NCBI RefSeq assembly: GCF_963529205.1
Contig: NZ_CAURYF010000003.1
Coordinates: forward strand, 12,258 to 76,257
DNA length: 64,000 nucleotides
Direction of reading: 5' to 3'
Source: Streptococcus cristatus
Lineage (GTDB): Bacteria; Bacillota; Bacilli; Lactobacillales; Streptococcaceae
The position numbers and the translations under genes were made by a program. Numbering within the stretch: the stretch's first letter is position 1; each line of letters opens with the position of its first letter. Below the pieces are notes generated by a model, which had not been told where the DNA came from, made no database searches, and saw nothing but the letters and a program-made list of their open reading frames with translations. Of the stretch, positions 53,881-64,000 are shown piece by piece.

Positions 53881-55446
53881 ATGCAAAAAGTTGAGTTTCT
53901 AGATACCAGTCTTCGGGATGGTGAGCAGACACCAGGAGTGAACTTTTCTATTAAGGAAAAGGTTGCCATTGCTAAGCAACTAGAAAAATGGGGGATTTCT
54001 GCTATTGAAGCTGGTTTCCCAGCTGCTAGTCCAGATTCATTTGCGGCGGTGCAGGCGATTGCCAAAGTCATTACAAAAGCTTCTGTCACTGGCTTGGCGC
54101 GTTCGGTTAAGTCTGACATCGATGCTTGCTACGAGGCACTCAAGGATGCCAAACATCCGCAGATTCACGTCTTTATTGCGACCAGTCCCATCCATAGAGA
54201 GTTCAAGCTGAAAAAGTCCAAGGAAGAGATTTTAGCAGCCATTAAAGAGCATGTTTCTTATGCTCGTTCTAAGTTTGAGATTGTCGAGTTTTCACCTGAG
54301 GACGCGACACGTACCGAGCTGGACTTTCTGCTCCAAGTTGTCCAGACAGCAGTTGATGCGGGTGCGAGCTACATTAACATTCCAGATACAGTCGGCTTTA
54401 CTACGCCAGAAGAATTTGGCAATATCTTCAAGCATCTGATTGACAATGTCCAAACAGATCGTGAGATTATCTATAGTCCTCACTGTCACGATGATTTGGG
54501 AATGGCAGTAGCCAACAGCCTGTCAGCAGTCAAGTACGGAGCTAGGCGGGTGGAAGGTACTATCAACGGTATTGGCGAGCGTGCTGGTAATGCTGCGCTA
54601 GAAGAAGTAGCGGTTGCTTTGGAAATTCGCAAGGACTATTATCAAGTTGAAACAGATATTATCCTTAATGAAACCATCAACACTTCAGAGTTGGTGTCCC
54701 GCTTCTCAGGTATTCCAGTACCTAAGAACAAGGCGGTTGTTGGTGGCAATGCCTTTTCTCATGAATCTGGTATCCATCAGGATGGCGTTCTTAAGAATCC
54801 ACTGACCTATGAAATCATCACACCAGAGCTGGTTGGAGTCAAGAGCAATTCACTGCCGCTTGGCAAGCTGTCTGGTCGCCACGCCTTTGTTGAAAAGCTC
54901 AAAGAACTGTCTCTGGACTTTGAAGAATCTGAAATTAATGAGCTCTTTGCTAAGTTTAAGGTCTTGGCGGATAAGAAAAACGAAGTCACGGACGCTGACA
55001 TTCGGGCTCTGATTGCTGGAACGACAGTTGAAAATCCAGAAGGCTTCCACTTTAATGATCTGCAGCTGACGACCAATGACGATCATACCATCACAGCAGA
55101 TGTGCAGCTGGTTAATGGCGACGGCGAGACAGTCAACTGTGTGGCAGAAGGCAAGGGAAGTGTCGAAGCTATCTTTAATGCTATTGACCAATTCTTTAAC
55201 CAATCTGTTCAACTTTTGGCCTATAACATTGAAGCCGTGACAGACGGAATTGACTCTCAGGCTCGTGTTTTGGTAGCTGTTGAAAACACCGACACAGATA
55301 CGATTTTCAACTCCTCTGGTATTGACTTTGATGTTCTTAAGGCCAGCGCCATTGCCTATATCCATGCCAACACCTTTGTGCAAAAGGAAAATGCGGGTGA
55401 AATCGGTCATCAGGTATCCTACCGTGATCTGCCTGCAAATAATTAG
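53881..55446 (+). CDS. leuA: 2-isopropylmalate synthase
   Basis: DTSLRDGEQ, HCHDDLG, GERAGN and HESGIHQDG. Confidence 0.97.
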   Translation: MQKVEFLDTSLRDGEQTPGVNFSIKEKVAIAKQLEKWGISAIEAGFPAASPDSFAAVQAIAKVITKASVTGLARSVKSDIDACYEALKDAKHPQIHVFIATSPIHREFKLKKSKEEILAAIKEHVSYARSKFEIVEFSPEDATRTELDFLLQVVQTAVDAGASYINIPDTVGFTTPEEFGNIFKHLIDNVQTDREIIYSPHCHDDLGMAVANSLSAVKYGARRVEGTINGIGERAGNAALEEVAVALEIRKDYYQVETDIILNETINTSELVSRFSGIPVPKNKAVVGGNAFSHESGIHQDGVLKNPLTYEIITPELVGVKSNSLPLGKLSGRHAFVEKLKELSLDFEESEINELFAKFKVLADKKNEVTDADIRALIAGTTVENPEGFHFNDLQLTTNDDHTITADVQLVNGDGETVNCVAEGKGSVEAIFNAIDQFFNQSVQLLAYNIEAVTDGIDSQARVLVAVENTDTDTIFNSSGIDFDVLKASAIAYIHANTFVQKENAGEIGHQVSYRDLPANN

Positions 55447-55458
55447 AAGGAAGCGACT

Positions 55459-56496
55459 ATGACAAAAGAAATTGTAGCTCTGGCGGGTGATGGTATCGGC
55501 CCAGAAATCATGGAGGGTGGTCTCCAAGTACTGGCTGCTGTTGCGGACAAGTTCGGCTTTACTTATCATGTCACAGAGAAAGCTTTTGGGGGTGCTGGTA
55601 TTGATGCGGAAGGTCATCCTCTGCCTCTGTCAACTTTAGAAGCGGCCAAGGAGGCGGATGCTATTCTCCTAGCAGCTATCGGCAGTCCCCAGTACGATAA
55701 TGCCCCAGTTCGGCCGGAGCAAGGCTTGCTCGCTCTGCGCAAGGAGCTTGAACTTTATGCCAATATCCGTCCAGTTAAGATCTTCGATGCACTTAAGCAT
55801 TTGTCGCCTTTGAAAGCTGAAAGAATTGCTGGTGTGGACTTCGTGGTCGTACGTGAGCTGACTGGTGGAATTTACTTTGGTGAGCATATTTTGGAGGACA
55901 GAACCGCGCGTGATATCAACGACTACAGCTATGAAGAGGTGGAACGAATTGTCCGTAAGGCCTTTGACATTGCGCGTGGTCGCAGAAAGCGCGTGACCAG
56001 TATTGACAAGCAAAACGTACTAGCGACATCCAAACTCTGGCGTAGAGTAGCAGATGAGGTGGCCAAGGATTATCCAGATGTGACCTTGGAGCACCAACTG
56101 GTGGACAGCGCTGCTATGCTCATGATTACCAATCCTGCTAAGTTTGATGTTGTAGTAACAGAAAATCTCTTCGGAGATATTCTATCCGACGAGTCCAGCG
56201 TCTTGTCAGGAACGCTGGGAGTTATGCCATCGGCCAGTCATTCGGCTGCTGGACCGAGCCTTTACGAGCCTATTCATGGTTCTGCTCCAGATATTGCAGG
56301 GCAAGGCATTGCCAATCCTATCAGCATGATCCTTTCTGTGGCCATGATGTTACGGGATAGTTTTGCAGAGCTTGAAGCTGCAGAGGCGATTGAAGCAGCG
56401 GTTGAGAAGACTTTGGCTCAGGGTATTTTAACCCGAGATCTTGGCGGTCAGGCAGGGACAGTTCAAATGACGGAGGCAATTATTAAGAACCTATGA
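55459..56496 (+). CDS. leuB: 3-isopropylmalate dehydrogenase
   Basis: GDGIGPEI, RELTGGIYFG, NLFGDILSD and HGSAPDIAG. Confidence 0.97.
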   Translation: MTKEIVALAGDGIGPEIMEGGLQVLAAVADKFGFTYHVTEKAFGGAGIDAEGHPLPLSTLEAAKEADAILLAAIGSPQYDNAPVRPEQGLLALRKELELYANIRPVKIFDALKHLSPLKAERIAGVDFVVVRELTGGIYFGEHILEDRTARDINDYSYEEVERIVRKAFDIARGRRKRVTSIDKQNVLATSKLWRRVADEVAKDYPDVTLEHQLVDSAAMLMITNPAKFDVVVTENLFGDILSDESSVLSGTLGVMPSASHSAAGPSLYEPIHGSAPDIAGQGIANPISMILSVAMMLRDSFAELEAAEAIEAAVEKTLAQGILTRDLGGQAGTVQMTEAIIKNL

Positions 56497-56759
56497 AATG
56501 GATATTAACGGGTATTTGCCTGCTATGGAACCTTGTCGTTTTCCTCCTTTATGGTTGGGATAAGCGTAAGGCTAAGAAAAATCACTACCGCATTCCGGAG
56601 AAGACCTTGCTCTTGTCAGCATTGGCAGCCGGAGGTTTGGGCGCTTTATTAGGCGGTCGCTTCTTTCATCACAAGACCAGAAAATGGTATTTCTGGTTGG
56701 CTTGGATTGGCGGAATAATAGTGGAAATCGGAATTTTATATTACATATGGAGAAGCTAG
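56493..56759 (+). CDS. DUF1294 small membrane protein
   Basis: [21 protein letters not shown]. Confidence 0.9.
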   Translation: MKWILTGICLLWNLVVFLLYGWDKRKAKKNHYRIPEKTLLLSALAAGGLGALLGGRFFHHKTRKWYFWLAWIGGIIVEIGILYYIWRS

Positions 56760-56760
56760 T

Positions 56761-58143
56761 ATGGCTGGAAAATCGATTTTTGATAAGCTGTGGGAAAGAC
56801 ATCTGATAACAGGTGAAGAAGGCCAGCCCCAGCTTATGTATGTGGATCAGCATTATATTCATGAAGTAACCAGCCCTCAGGCTTTTCAAGGCCTTCGAGA
56901 TGCGGGTCGCAAAGTTAGACGACCGGACTTGACATTTGGTACCTTTGATCATAATGTTCCTACGGTCAATATTTATGATATTCGGGATGTGATTTCCAAG
57001 GCTCAGATTGATAAACTTTCTGAAAATGTCAAGGATTTTGGCATCGAGCATGCGGCTCACGGATCGGAACTGCAAGGGATTGTCCATATGGTTGGACCCG
57101 AAACGGGCAAGACTCAGCCGGGCAAATTCATTGTCTGCGGTGACAGTCACACGGCCACTCACGGAGCTTTTGGAGCTATCGCTTTTGGAATCGGTACTTC
57201 AGAGGTAGAGCACGTCTTTGCCACGCAGACCATTTGGCAAGTCAAGCCCAAGAAAATGCTGGTCAAATTTAGCGGGGTGCCACCTAAAGGTGTCTATTCC
57301 AAAGACTTTATCCTCGCTCTGATTGCCCGATATGGTGTGGCTGCGGGTGTTGGCTATGTGGTCGAGTATGCCGGTGATGCCATTGATCATTTGACCATGG
57401 AAGAGCGCATGACCATCTGTAATATGTCCATTGAGTTTGGCTCCAAGATGGGCATTATGAATCCTGACCAGAAGACCTATGATTACGTTCAAGGACGGCC
57501 GGGAGCACCTAAGGACTTTGAGGCGGCAGTGGCTGATTGGAAGACTCTGGTCAGTGATCCCGACGCTGTCTATGATAAGGTCATTGAGATGGATGTTTCC
57601 CAGTTGGCACCTATGGTGACTTGGGGAACCAATCCTTCTATGGGAGTAGAGTTCGGCGCAGCTTTCCCTGAAATCCGTGACATGAACGACGAGCGGGCTT
57701 ACAATTACATGGACCTCTCCCCAGGTAAGAAAGCAGAAGATATTGACCTAGGGTATATCTTTATAGGTTCCTGCACCAATGCCAGACTCAGCGATTTGCA
57801 GCTGGCGGCTAAGTTTGTCGCTGGCAAGCATATCGCTCCCAATCTGACTGCTATCGTCGTACCAGGCTCTCGTCCGGTCAAGCGGGCTGCTGAAAAGATG
57901 GGACTGGATAAAATTTTCATGGATGCAGGCTTTGAGTGGCGCGATCCGGGCTGTTCCATGTGCCTGGGAATGAATCCAGACAAGGTGCCAGACGGAGTTC
58001 ACTGTGCTTCGACTAGCAATCGGAACTTTGAGGATCGGCAGGGATTTGGAGCTAAAACCCATCTTTGCAGTCCGGCAATGGCCGCAGCGGCAGCCATCGC
58101 CGGGCACTTCGTAGACGTCCGCCAACTACCGGAGGTCCAGTAA
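56761..58143 (+). CDS. leuC: 3-isopropylmalate dehydratase large subunit
   Basis: [19 protein letters not shown] and CSMCLGMN. Confidence 0.97.
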   Translation: MAGKSIFDKLWERHLITGEEGQPQLMYVDQHYIHEVTSPQAFQGLRDAGRKVRRPDLTFGTFDHNVPTVNIYDIRDVISKAQIDKLSENVKDFGIEHAAHGSELQGIVHMVGPETGKTQPGKFIVCGDSHTATHGAFGAIAFGIGTSEVEHVFATQTIWQVKPKKMLVKFSGVPPKGVYSKDFILALIARYGVAAGVGYVVEYAGDAIDHLTMEERMTICNMSIEFGSKMGIMNPDQKTYDYVQGRPGAPKDFEAAVADWKTLVSDPDAVYDKVIEMDVSQLAPMVTWGTNPSMGVEFGAAFPEIRDMNDERAYNYMDLSPGKKAEDIDLGYIFIGSCTNARLSDLQLAAKFVAGKHIAPNLTAIVVPGSRPVKRAAEKMGLDKIFMDAGFEWRDPGCSMCLGMNPDKVPDGVHCASTSNRNFEDRQGFGAKTHLCSPAMAAAAAIAGHFVDVRQLPEVQ

Positions 58144-58152
58144 GGAAGGTTT

Positions 58153-58743
58153 ATGGAAAAATTTACAATCTACACGGGGACAACAGTGCCCCTCATGAAC
58201 GATAATATCGATACGGACCAAATTTTGCCCAAGCAGTTTCTCAAGTTGATTGATAAAAAAGGTTTTGGCAAGTATCTCATGTATGCTTGGCGTTATCTGG
58301 ACAATCGATATACTGAAGATCCTGATTTCGTCTTTAATAGACCGGAGTACCGCAAGGCAACTATTCTGATTTCAGGAGATAATTTCGGGGCGGGTTCCTC
58401 TCGGGAGCACGCTGCCTGGGCCTTGGCTGACTATGGCTTCAAGGTAGTCATTGCTGGATCTTTCGGGGATATTCACTACAACAATGAGCTTAATAACGGT
58501 ATGCTACCAATTGTCCAGCCGCTAGAAGTGCGGCAAGCCTTGGCGAATCTGAAACCGACGGATGAAGTGACGGTGGATTTGGAGCAGCAGAAGATTTTTT
58601 CACCGGTGGGAGAATTCTCCTTTGACATTGATGGTGAATGGAAGCACAAGCTCCTCAACGGTCTGGATGACATCGGCATTACACTCCAGTATGAGGATTT
58701 GATTGCAGAATATGAAAAAAATCGTCCATCTTATTGGCAGTAA
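58153..58743 (+). CDS. leuD: 3-isopropylmalate dehydratase small subunit
   Basis: [13 protein letters not shown] and [11 protein letters not shown]. Confidence 0.97.
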   Translation: MEKFTIYTGTTVPLMNDNIDTDQILPKQFLKLIDKKGFGKYLMYAWRYLDNRYTEDPDFVFNRPEYRKATILISGDNFGAGSSREHAAWALADYGFKVVIAGSFGDIHYNNELNNGMLPIVQPLEVRQALANLKPTDEVTVDLEQQKIFSPVGEFSFDIDGEWKHKLLNGLDDIGITLQYEDLIAEYEKNRPSYWQ

Positions 58744-58842
58744 CCTTATTTTTGCTATATTGAGAAAATTCTGAAAAAATCTTGTTTCCAATAAAAATAT
58801 ATGGTAAAATAAATCTTAATTTAATAGAAAAGGAAGAAACTT

Positions 58843-59622
58843 ATGACAAAACACATTCAATGGAACGGAACTCTTTCACAAGAAGGCTATGACATCTTGA
58901 AAGGCGATGGCGGCTGCATCGTTTGCCCGACCAAGGTGGGTTACATCATCATGACCAGCGATAAAGCTGGCTTGGAGCGTAAGTTCGAAGCTAAGGCACG
59001 TAACCGTAATAAGCCAGGTGTTGTCCTCTGTGGCAGTATGGATGAGCTTCGCGCTTTAGCACAACTCAATCCGGAAATTGAAGCTTTTTACCAAAAGCAT
59101 TGGGATGAAGACATCCTCTTGGGCTGTATCCTTCCATGGAAGCCGGAAGCTTTTGAAAAGCTCAAAGCCTATGGCGACGGTCGGGAAGAGTTGATGACAG
59201 ATGTTCGTGGCACTAGCTGTTTTGTTATTAAGTTTGGTAAGGCGGGCGAGCAGCTGGCAGCTAAGCTTTGGGAAGAAGGTAAGATGGTCTATGCTTCCTC
59301 AGCCAACCCATCCGGTAAAGGAAACCGCGGCAAGGTCGAAGGAATTGGCGAGCGCATCGAAAATGCTGTTGACTTAGTCATTGAAGCAGATGATTATGTA
59401 GCTTCTATCCAGCCAGACAAGACTATCGAAACTCGCTATGAGCAAGGTGTTATGGTCTCTATGGTGGACAAGGATGGAAAACTGATTCCAGAACAAGGTG
59501 GCCAACGTTCCATCTCACCAGCACCAGTGGTCATCCGCAAAGGCTTGGACATCGACAAAATCATGATGCACCTATCTGATACCTTTAACTCATGGGATTA
59601 CCGTCAGGGCGAATATTACTAA
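58843..59622 (+). CDS. Sua5/YciO/YrdC family protein
   Basis: PTKVGY, K.R.RNKP and SSANPSG motifs. Confidence 0.82.
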   Translation: MTKHIQWNGTLSQEGYDILKGDGGCIVCPTKVGYIIMTSDKAGLERKFEAKARNRNKPGVVLCGSMDELRALAQLNPEIEAFYQKHWDEDILLGCILPWKPEAFEKLKAYGDGREELMTDVRGTSCFVIKFGKAGEQLAAKLWEEGKMVYASSANPSGKGNRGKVEGIGERIENAVDLVIEADDYVASIQPDKTIETRYEQGVMVSMVDKDGKLIPEQGGQRSISPAPVVIRKGLDIDKIMMHLSDTFNSWDYRQGEYY

Positions 59623-59632
59623 GATAAAAAGA

Positions 59633-59676
59633 AGCTCAGTGTAAGAGGGGGATTTCCTCTTTACACTGAGCTTTTT
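59633..59676 (+). terminator. Intrinsic terminator
   Basis: AGCTCAGTGTAAGAGG...CCTCTTTACACTGAGCT-TTTT. Confidence 0.8.
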
Positions 59677-59812
59677 AGTTCGAAACTTTGAGTTTAAAAT
59701 CTTTATTCAGTTTAAAGTTATTTCCAAATAGAACAAAATTCTTGATAGATGAAACAACAAATGTTACAATAAATAAAAAATCAATTCGATATAGAAATAA
59801 ATTAGAGGAAGT

Positions 59813-60250
59813 ATGAAAGACAGTCATTTGGTAGCCTATCATATTCGTTTGTTGAATGGGCGGATTTTTCAAAAGTTACTGGGCCAGGAGCCTGAAGCTC
59901 TTTATCGGAGTGAACAGGGCAAGATTCTCACTGTTTTATGGAATAGTGAAACAGGGTGTGCGACGGCGACAGATATTGCTCTGGCGACAGGACTGGCAAA
60001 TAATACGCTGACAACTATGCTGAAAAAGTTGTAAGAACGGGGTTTGGTGACCTTTAGTCAGTGTGGTTTAGACAAGCGAAAAAAATATGTCAAGTTGACA
60101 GAGCGGGGTTGGTCGCAGAAAGAAGTTGGCCATCGTGTCAGTCAAAAACTGGATGCTATTTTTTATAAAGGCTTCTCTGAGGAAGAAATTCGCCAGTTTG
60201 AAAGTTATCAGGAACGTATCTTAGCAAATCTAAAAGAAAATGAGGCATAA
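59813..60250 (+). pseudogene. MarR-family regulator split by an in-frame stop
   Basis: ...TMLKKL*ERGLVTFSQCGLDKRKKYVKLT; TAA at 60032-60034, both halves in the same frame. Confidence 0.85.
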
Positions 60251-60253
60251 ATC

Positions 60254-61017
60254 ATGTCAAAACAAGTTGAAAATGCACGAAATCTATATATTCATGCCAT
60301 TCAAGATGGGCGTGTTGCCGAGGCTCAAGCTCAGTCTGTAGGGGATACCTACATTCAACACTCGACAGGTGTGCCAGATGGGAAAGAAGGTTTTGCGGCT
60401 TTCTTTGCAAATTTCTTTGAGCGCCATCCCGAGCGTGAGATGAAGATTGTTCGCACCATTGAAGACGGCAATCTAGTCTTCGTCCATGTTCACCAATATC
60501 TCAATGGCGGGGAAGCTCAATGGGTGACGACGGATACTTTCCGTTCTGATGAGAATGGCCGTATCGTGGAGCATTGGGATGTGATTGACTACTATCGCGC
60601 TCCAGAAAATGGACAGTTAGACCAGATCTTTGGAGATTTTGAAATCACGGATTTGGACAAGACAGTAGCAAATAAAAAACCGTTCGTCGTTTCCTGCCAG
60701 AAATCTTTCAAAACGGCGAACTAGAGCAGTGGAGTGATTATGTGGCAGAAGATTTTATTCAGCATAATCATGAGATTGGCCAAGGAAGTCAGGCTTATAA
60801 AGACTATGTTTCAGAGAATGGGCTTACTTTTGACTTTGTTTTCCAACTTTTGGGACAAGGAAATTATGTGGTCAGCTATGGGCAGACTCAGATCGATGGG
60901 GTGGCTTATGCCCAGTATGACATCTTCCGTTTAGAGAATGGATTAATTGTTGAGCATTGGGACAACAAAGAAGTCATGCCTAAGGTAGAAGACTTGACGA
61001 ATCGTGGGAAGTTTTAA
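60254..61017 (+). pseudogene. Tandem SnoaL/NTF2-like protein with a frameshift
   Basis: YIQH...EHWD motif occurs twice; adding one A to the A6 run at 60674-60679 gives NKKTVRRFLPEIFQNGELEQWSDYVAEDFIQH and joins the 60742-61017 ORF. Confidence 0.85.
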
Positions 61018-61031
61018 ATTGAGGAGAAAGA

Positions 61032-61760
61032 ATGATTGAATACAAAAATGTAGCGCTACGCTACACAGAAAAGTATGTCTTGAGAGATGTCAACTTACGG
61101 ATTGAAGATGGTGAATTCATGGTTTTAGTTGGGCCATCTGGGTCTGGCAAGACGACTATGCTCAAGATGATCAACCGCCTTTTGGAACCTACAGATGGTG
61201 ATGTTTACATGGATGGCAAGCGCATTAAGGACTATGATGAGCGTGAACTCCGCCTTTCTACAGGCTATGTCTTACAAGCAATTGCCCTCTTTCCAAACCT
61301 AACTGTGGCCGAAAATATTGCTCTCATTCCTGAAATGAAAGGATGGAGCAAGGCAGATATTCAGCAGAAGACTGATGAATTGCTGGAGCTAGTAGGCTTG
61401 CCTGCCGAAGACTATGGTCATCGACTGCCGAGTGAGCTGTCAGGTGGGGAACAGCAGCGTGTGGGTATTGTCCGTGCAATGATTGGTCAGCCAAAGATCC
61501 TACTCATGGACGAGCCTTTTTCAGCGCTAGATGCTATTTCTAGAAAACAATTGCAGACTTTGATCAAGCAACTGCATAATGAGTTTGGGGTGACGACCAT
61601 TTTTGTCACCCACGATACGGACGAAGCTTTGAAATTAGGAGATAGGATTGCAGTTTTACAGGACGGGGAGATTCGTCAAGTAGCGACACCTGAGAAAATC
61701 TTATCTGCACCTGCGACCAGCTTCGTAGCGGATTTATTTGGAGGTGTTCAACATGGCTAA
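61032..61760 (+). CDS. Choline/osmoprotectant ABC ATPase (ProV/OpuCA-like)
   Basis: [17 protein letters not shown] and MDEPFSALD. Confidence 0.9.
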   Translation: MIEYKNVALRYTEKYVLRDVNLRIEDGEFMVLVGPSGSGKTTMLKMINRLLEPTDGDVYMDGKRIKDYDERELRLSTGYVLQAIALFPNLTVAENIALIPEMKGWSKADIQQKTDELLELVGLPAEDYGHRLPSELSGGEQQRVGIVRAMIGQPKILLMDEPFSALDAISRKQLQTLIKQLHNEFGVTTIFVTHDTDEALKLGDRIAVLQDGEIRQVATPEKILSAPATSFVADLFGGVQHG

Positions 61761-63273
61761 TTTGTTTTCTACCTTTCAGGAGCGCTTTGGCGAATGGTTG
61801 GTAGCCTTAGGGCAACACCTCCAGCTGTCTCTTCTGACTTTACTAGTGGCCATATTCCTGACCATTCCGCTTGCTATCTATCTACATAGTCATAAAAAAG
61901 TAGCCAATTGGGTGCTGCAAATTGCGGGAATCTTTCAAACCATTCCTTCAATGGCCTTGCTGGGACTCTTTATCCCCCTCATGGGGATTGGTACACTGCC
62001 GGCACTGACTGCTCTGGTGATTTACGCTATTTTCCCGATTTTAGAAAATACTGTCACGGCTTTGAATGGGATTGATCCTAGTTTAGAAGAAGCTGGAATC
62101 GCCTTTGGGATGACCAAGTGGGAACGACTCCAAAAGTTTGAACTGCCTCTAGCAATGCCCGTCATTGTATCAGGAGTTCGGACAGCAACGGTTATGATTA
62201 TCGGAACAGCAACTCTAGCAGCCCTCGTCGGAGCTGGTGGACTAGGTTCTTTTATCCTTCTAGGAATTGATCGTCGCAATGCCAGTCTGATTTTGATTGG
62301 AGCAATTTCATCCGCAGTTTTGGCCATTCTTTTCAACAGTCTCCTTAAATGGATGGAAAAAGCTAAGTTTCGAACGGTATTTACAGCTTTTGCGGTCTTA
62401 ATCCTCGGCCTCGGCGCGTCTTACACACCGAGTCTGCTTCCCAAGCAGGAGAAGGATCATCTGGTTATAGCTGGGAAATTGGGGCCAGAGCCAGAGCTTC
62501 TCATGAATATGTATAAACTTCTCATCGAGGAAAATACGGATATGACTGTGACAGTAAAGCCAAACTTTGGGAAGACCGACTTCCTTTATCAAGCTCTGAA
62601 AAAAGGTGATGTTGATATCTATCCTGAGTTTACCGGTACGATTACTGGAACTCTCTTGCAGCCTGCTCCAAAGGTTAGCAATGACGCTGAAGAAGTTTTT
62701 GAAGCAGCACGTGATGGAATCAAAAAACAGGACAATCTAGTCTTGCTCAATCACATGGCCTATCAGAATACCTATGCAATTGCAGTTCCAAAGACTATCG
62801 CCAAAGAATACAATCTTAAAACCATCTCTGACCTTAAGACAGTTCAGGATAAGCTCAAAGCTGGTTTTACCCTAGAGTTTAACGATCGTGAAGATGGGAA
62901 CAAAGGACTTCAATCTGTCTATGGACTGAATCTCAATGTGTCAACTATGGAGCCAGCCCTTCGCTACCAAGCTATCCAGTCTGGTGATATTCAAATCACG
63001 GATGCCTATTCGACTGACGCAGAACTTGCGCGTTATGATTTACAAGTTTTAGAAGACGATAAGCACCTTTTCCCTCCTTATCAAGGAGCACCTCTCCTGA
63101 AGGCTGAATTGCTCGAAAAACACCCTGAATTGGAAGGTATTCTCAATAAGCTATCTGGTAAAATTACGGAAAGCCAGATGAGCCAGATGAATTATCAAGT
63201 TGGCATTGAAGGCAAAAAAGCGGAAGCTGTCGCGCGTGATTATCTGGTCAAGGAAGGGCTTTTAAAAAAATAA
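61753..63273 (+). CDS. Fused osmoprotectant ABC permease / substrate-binding protein (ProWX/OpuBB-like)
   Basis: [21 protein letters not shown] and FPPY motifs. Confidence 0.9.
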   Translation: MANLFSTFQERFGEWLVALGQHLQLSLLTLLVAIFLTIPLAIYLHSHKKVANWVLQIAGIFQTIPSMALLGLFIPLMGIGTLPALTALVIYAIFPILENTVTALNGIDPSLEEAGIAFGMTKWERLQKFELPLAMPVIVSGVRTATVMIIGTATLAALVGAGGLGSFILLGIDRRNASLILIGAISSAVLAILFNSLLKWMEKAKFRTVFTAFAVLILGLGASYTPSLLPKQEKDHLVIAGKLGPEPELLMNMYKLLIEENTDMTVTVKPNFGKTDFLYQALKKGDVDIYPEFTGTITGTLLQPAPKVSNDAEEVFEAARDGIKKQDNLVLLNHMAYQNTYAIAVPKTIAKEYNLKTISDLKTVQDKLKAGFTLEFNDREDGNKGLQSVYGLNLNVSTMEPALRYQAIQSGDIQITDAYSTDAELARYDLQVLEDDKHLFPPYQGAPLLKAELLEKHPELEGILNKLSGKITESQMSQMNYQVGIEGKKAEAVARDYLVKEGLLKK

Positions 63274-63313
63274 GCAAAAAAGTTAGACTTGTAAGGTCTA
63301 GCTTTTTTGCTTA
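63271..63313 (+). terminator. Terminator
   Basis: TAAGCAAAAAAGTTAGAC...GTCTAGCTTTTTTGCTTA. Confidence 0.75.
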
Positions 63314-63420
63314 CTTGGGGATAGATAGACTACGGATTGAAGAAGCTGTGTTTATCTCTTAGTCAGGCAATCTTCATCCATTTTTGGTATAATAAAGTAT
63401 CAATTCATGGAGGTGTTTCG

Positions 63421-63738
63421 ATGGCATCTAGTCAAGAATATTTGGATTTTATCCTGAGGCAGCTGCAGGGCTTAGGTCAAGAAATTAGCTTTCGCAAGAT
63501 GATGGGGGAATATTTGCTTTATTATCGAGGTCGCTTATTCGGTGGGATTTATGACAATCGCCTGCTGCTCAAGCCAGTCAAGCCAGCTCTCGATCTTTTG
63601 GAAAATCCAATCTATGAAATCCCTTATCCAGGTGCAAAGCCAATGCTTCATATAGAAGAAGTAGAAGATGCTGCTTTTCTCTGTAGTTTGATTGAAGCGG
63701 CCTACCCTGCCTTACCTACACCTAAAAAGAAAAAATAG
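63421..63738 (+). CDS. TfoX/Sxy N-terminal family protein
   Basis: MASSQEYLDFI, RKMMGEY, GGIYDNR and PYPGAK; GGAGG RBS. Confidence 0.88.
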   Translation: MASSQEYLDFILRQLQGLGQEISFRKMMGEYLLYYRGRLFGGIYDNRLLLKPVKPALDLLENPIYEIPYPGAKPMLHIEEVEDAAFLCSLIEAAYPALPTPKKKK

Positions 63739-63742
63739 TCTT

Positions 63743-63812
63743 TCTGTTCTAATGGATATTTCTAAAATTTTCCGTTATAATGGATATTTTAAGATTTTTC
63801 CGTTATAATGGA
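63743..63812 (+). repeat. Three 14-bp near-palindromes at 28-bp period upstream of satD
   Basis: TCTGTTCTAATGGA (63743), TCCGTTATAATGGA (63771), TCCGTTATAATGGA (63799). Confidence 0.85.
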
Positions 63813-63834
63813 CTTAAAGGAGGTTTGGTCAGCT

Positions 63835-64000
63835 ATGCTTTATATTGCTCTTATTGGAGATTTGATCGAATCAAAACAGCTGAAAAATCGTAAGCAGGCC
63901 CAGAAGGACCTGCAGGACATGATGGCGGTGCTAAATCAGGATTATCAGGATTATCTGGTGTCGCCTTTTACCATTACGACTGGAGATGAGTTTCAGGCTT
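63835..64000 (+). CDS. satD: SatD family protein, 5' part only
   Basis: Translated by hand: MLYIALIGDLIESKQLKNRKQAQKDL...SPFTITTGDEFQA; AAGGAGG RBS. Confidence 0.85.
   Translation, partial: MLYIALIGDLIESKQLKNRKQAQKDLQDMMAVLNQDYQDYLVSPFTITTGDEFQA

Noticed and set aside
56493..56759. DUF1294 gene inside the leu operon
   Set aside because: As I recall this is a common streptococcal arrangement; no further signal seen
63743..63812. Possible mini-CRISPR array
   Set aside because: Units are only 14 bp with similar 14-bp spacers and there are no cas genes; better explained as an operator array

Overview
This is a 64 kb chromosomal segment of a low-GC Firmicute. Gene content and order (ciaRH, pgdA, spxA, niaRX, har-like reductase, proV/proWX-type operon) point to an oral Streptococcus of the mitis/sanguinis group; that assignment is inference. 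Most of the window is housekeeping: niaR-niaX, pyrR-pyrP-pyrB, ridA-rapZ-yvcK-whiA, rpsU-mscL-dnaG-rpoD, birA, galR/galK-HAD-galT-galE, ribF-spxA-IMPase-rsmF, pstSCAB-B-phoU, pepN, ciaRH, gloA, pgdA, udk, leuABCD and an osmoprotectant ABC operon. Cis elements readable directly from the sequence are a NiaR operator, a PyrR attenuator, a preQ1-I riboswitch, GalR and cre sites, a doubled CiaR box, and a CodY box with a Leu-rich leader-peptide attenuator. Two accessory loci are the best candidates for undescribed systems. (1) 13.3-17.0 kb: a BlaI-type repressor and a BlaR1/M56-type sensor whose extracellular part is PepSY, a Ser/Thr linker and poly-Asp instead of a penicillin-binding domain. Four (T/G)ACAnn(T/C)GTAGAAT operator copies tie this pair to a VTC polyphosphate-polymerase + DUF4956 operon. 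(2) 49.5-53.4 kb: an AT-rich, partly decayed array of divergent membrane proteins, one DUF443/TsaI-like and four others sharing a motif, which resembles an orphan toxin-immunity island. No rRNA, tRNA, CRISPR array or intact transposase was seen. All product calls come from motif recognition by eye; no database searches were run.
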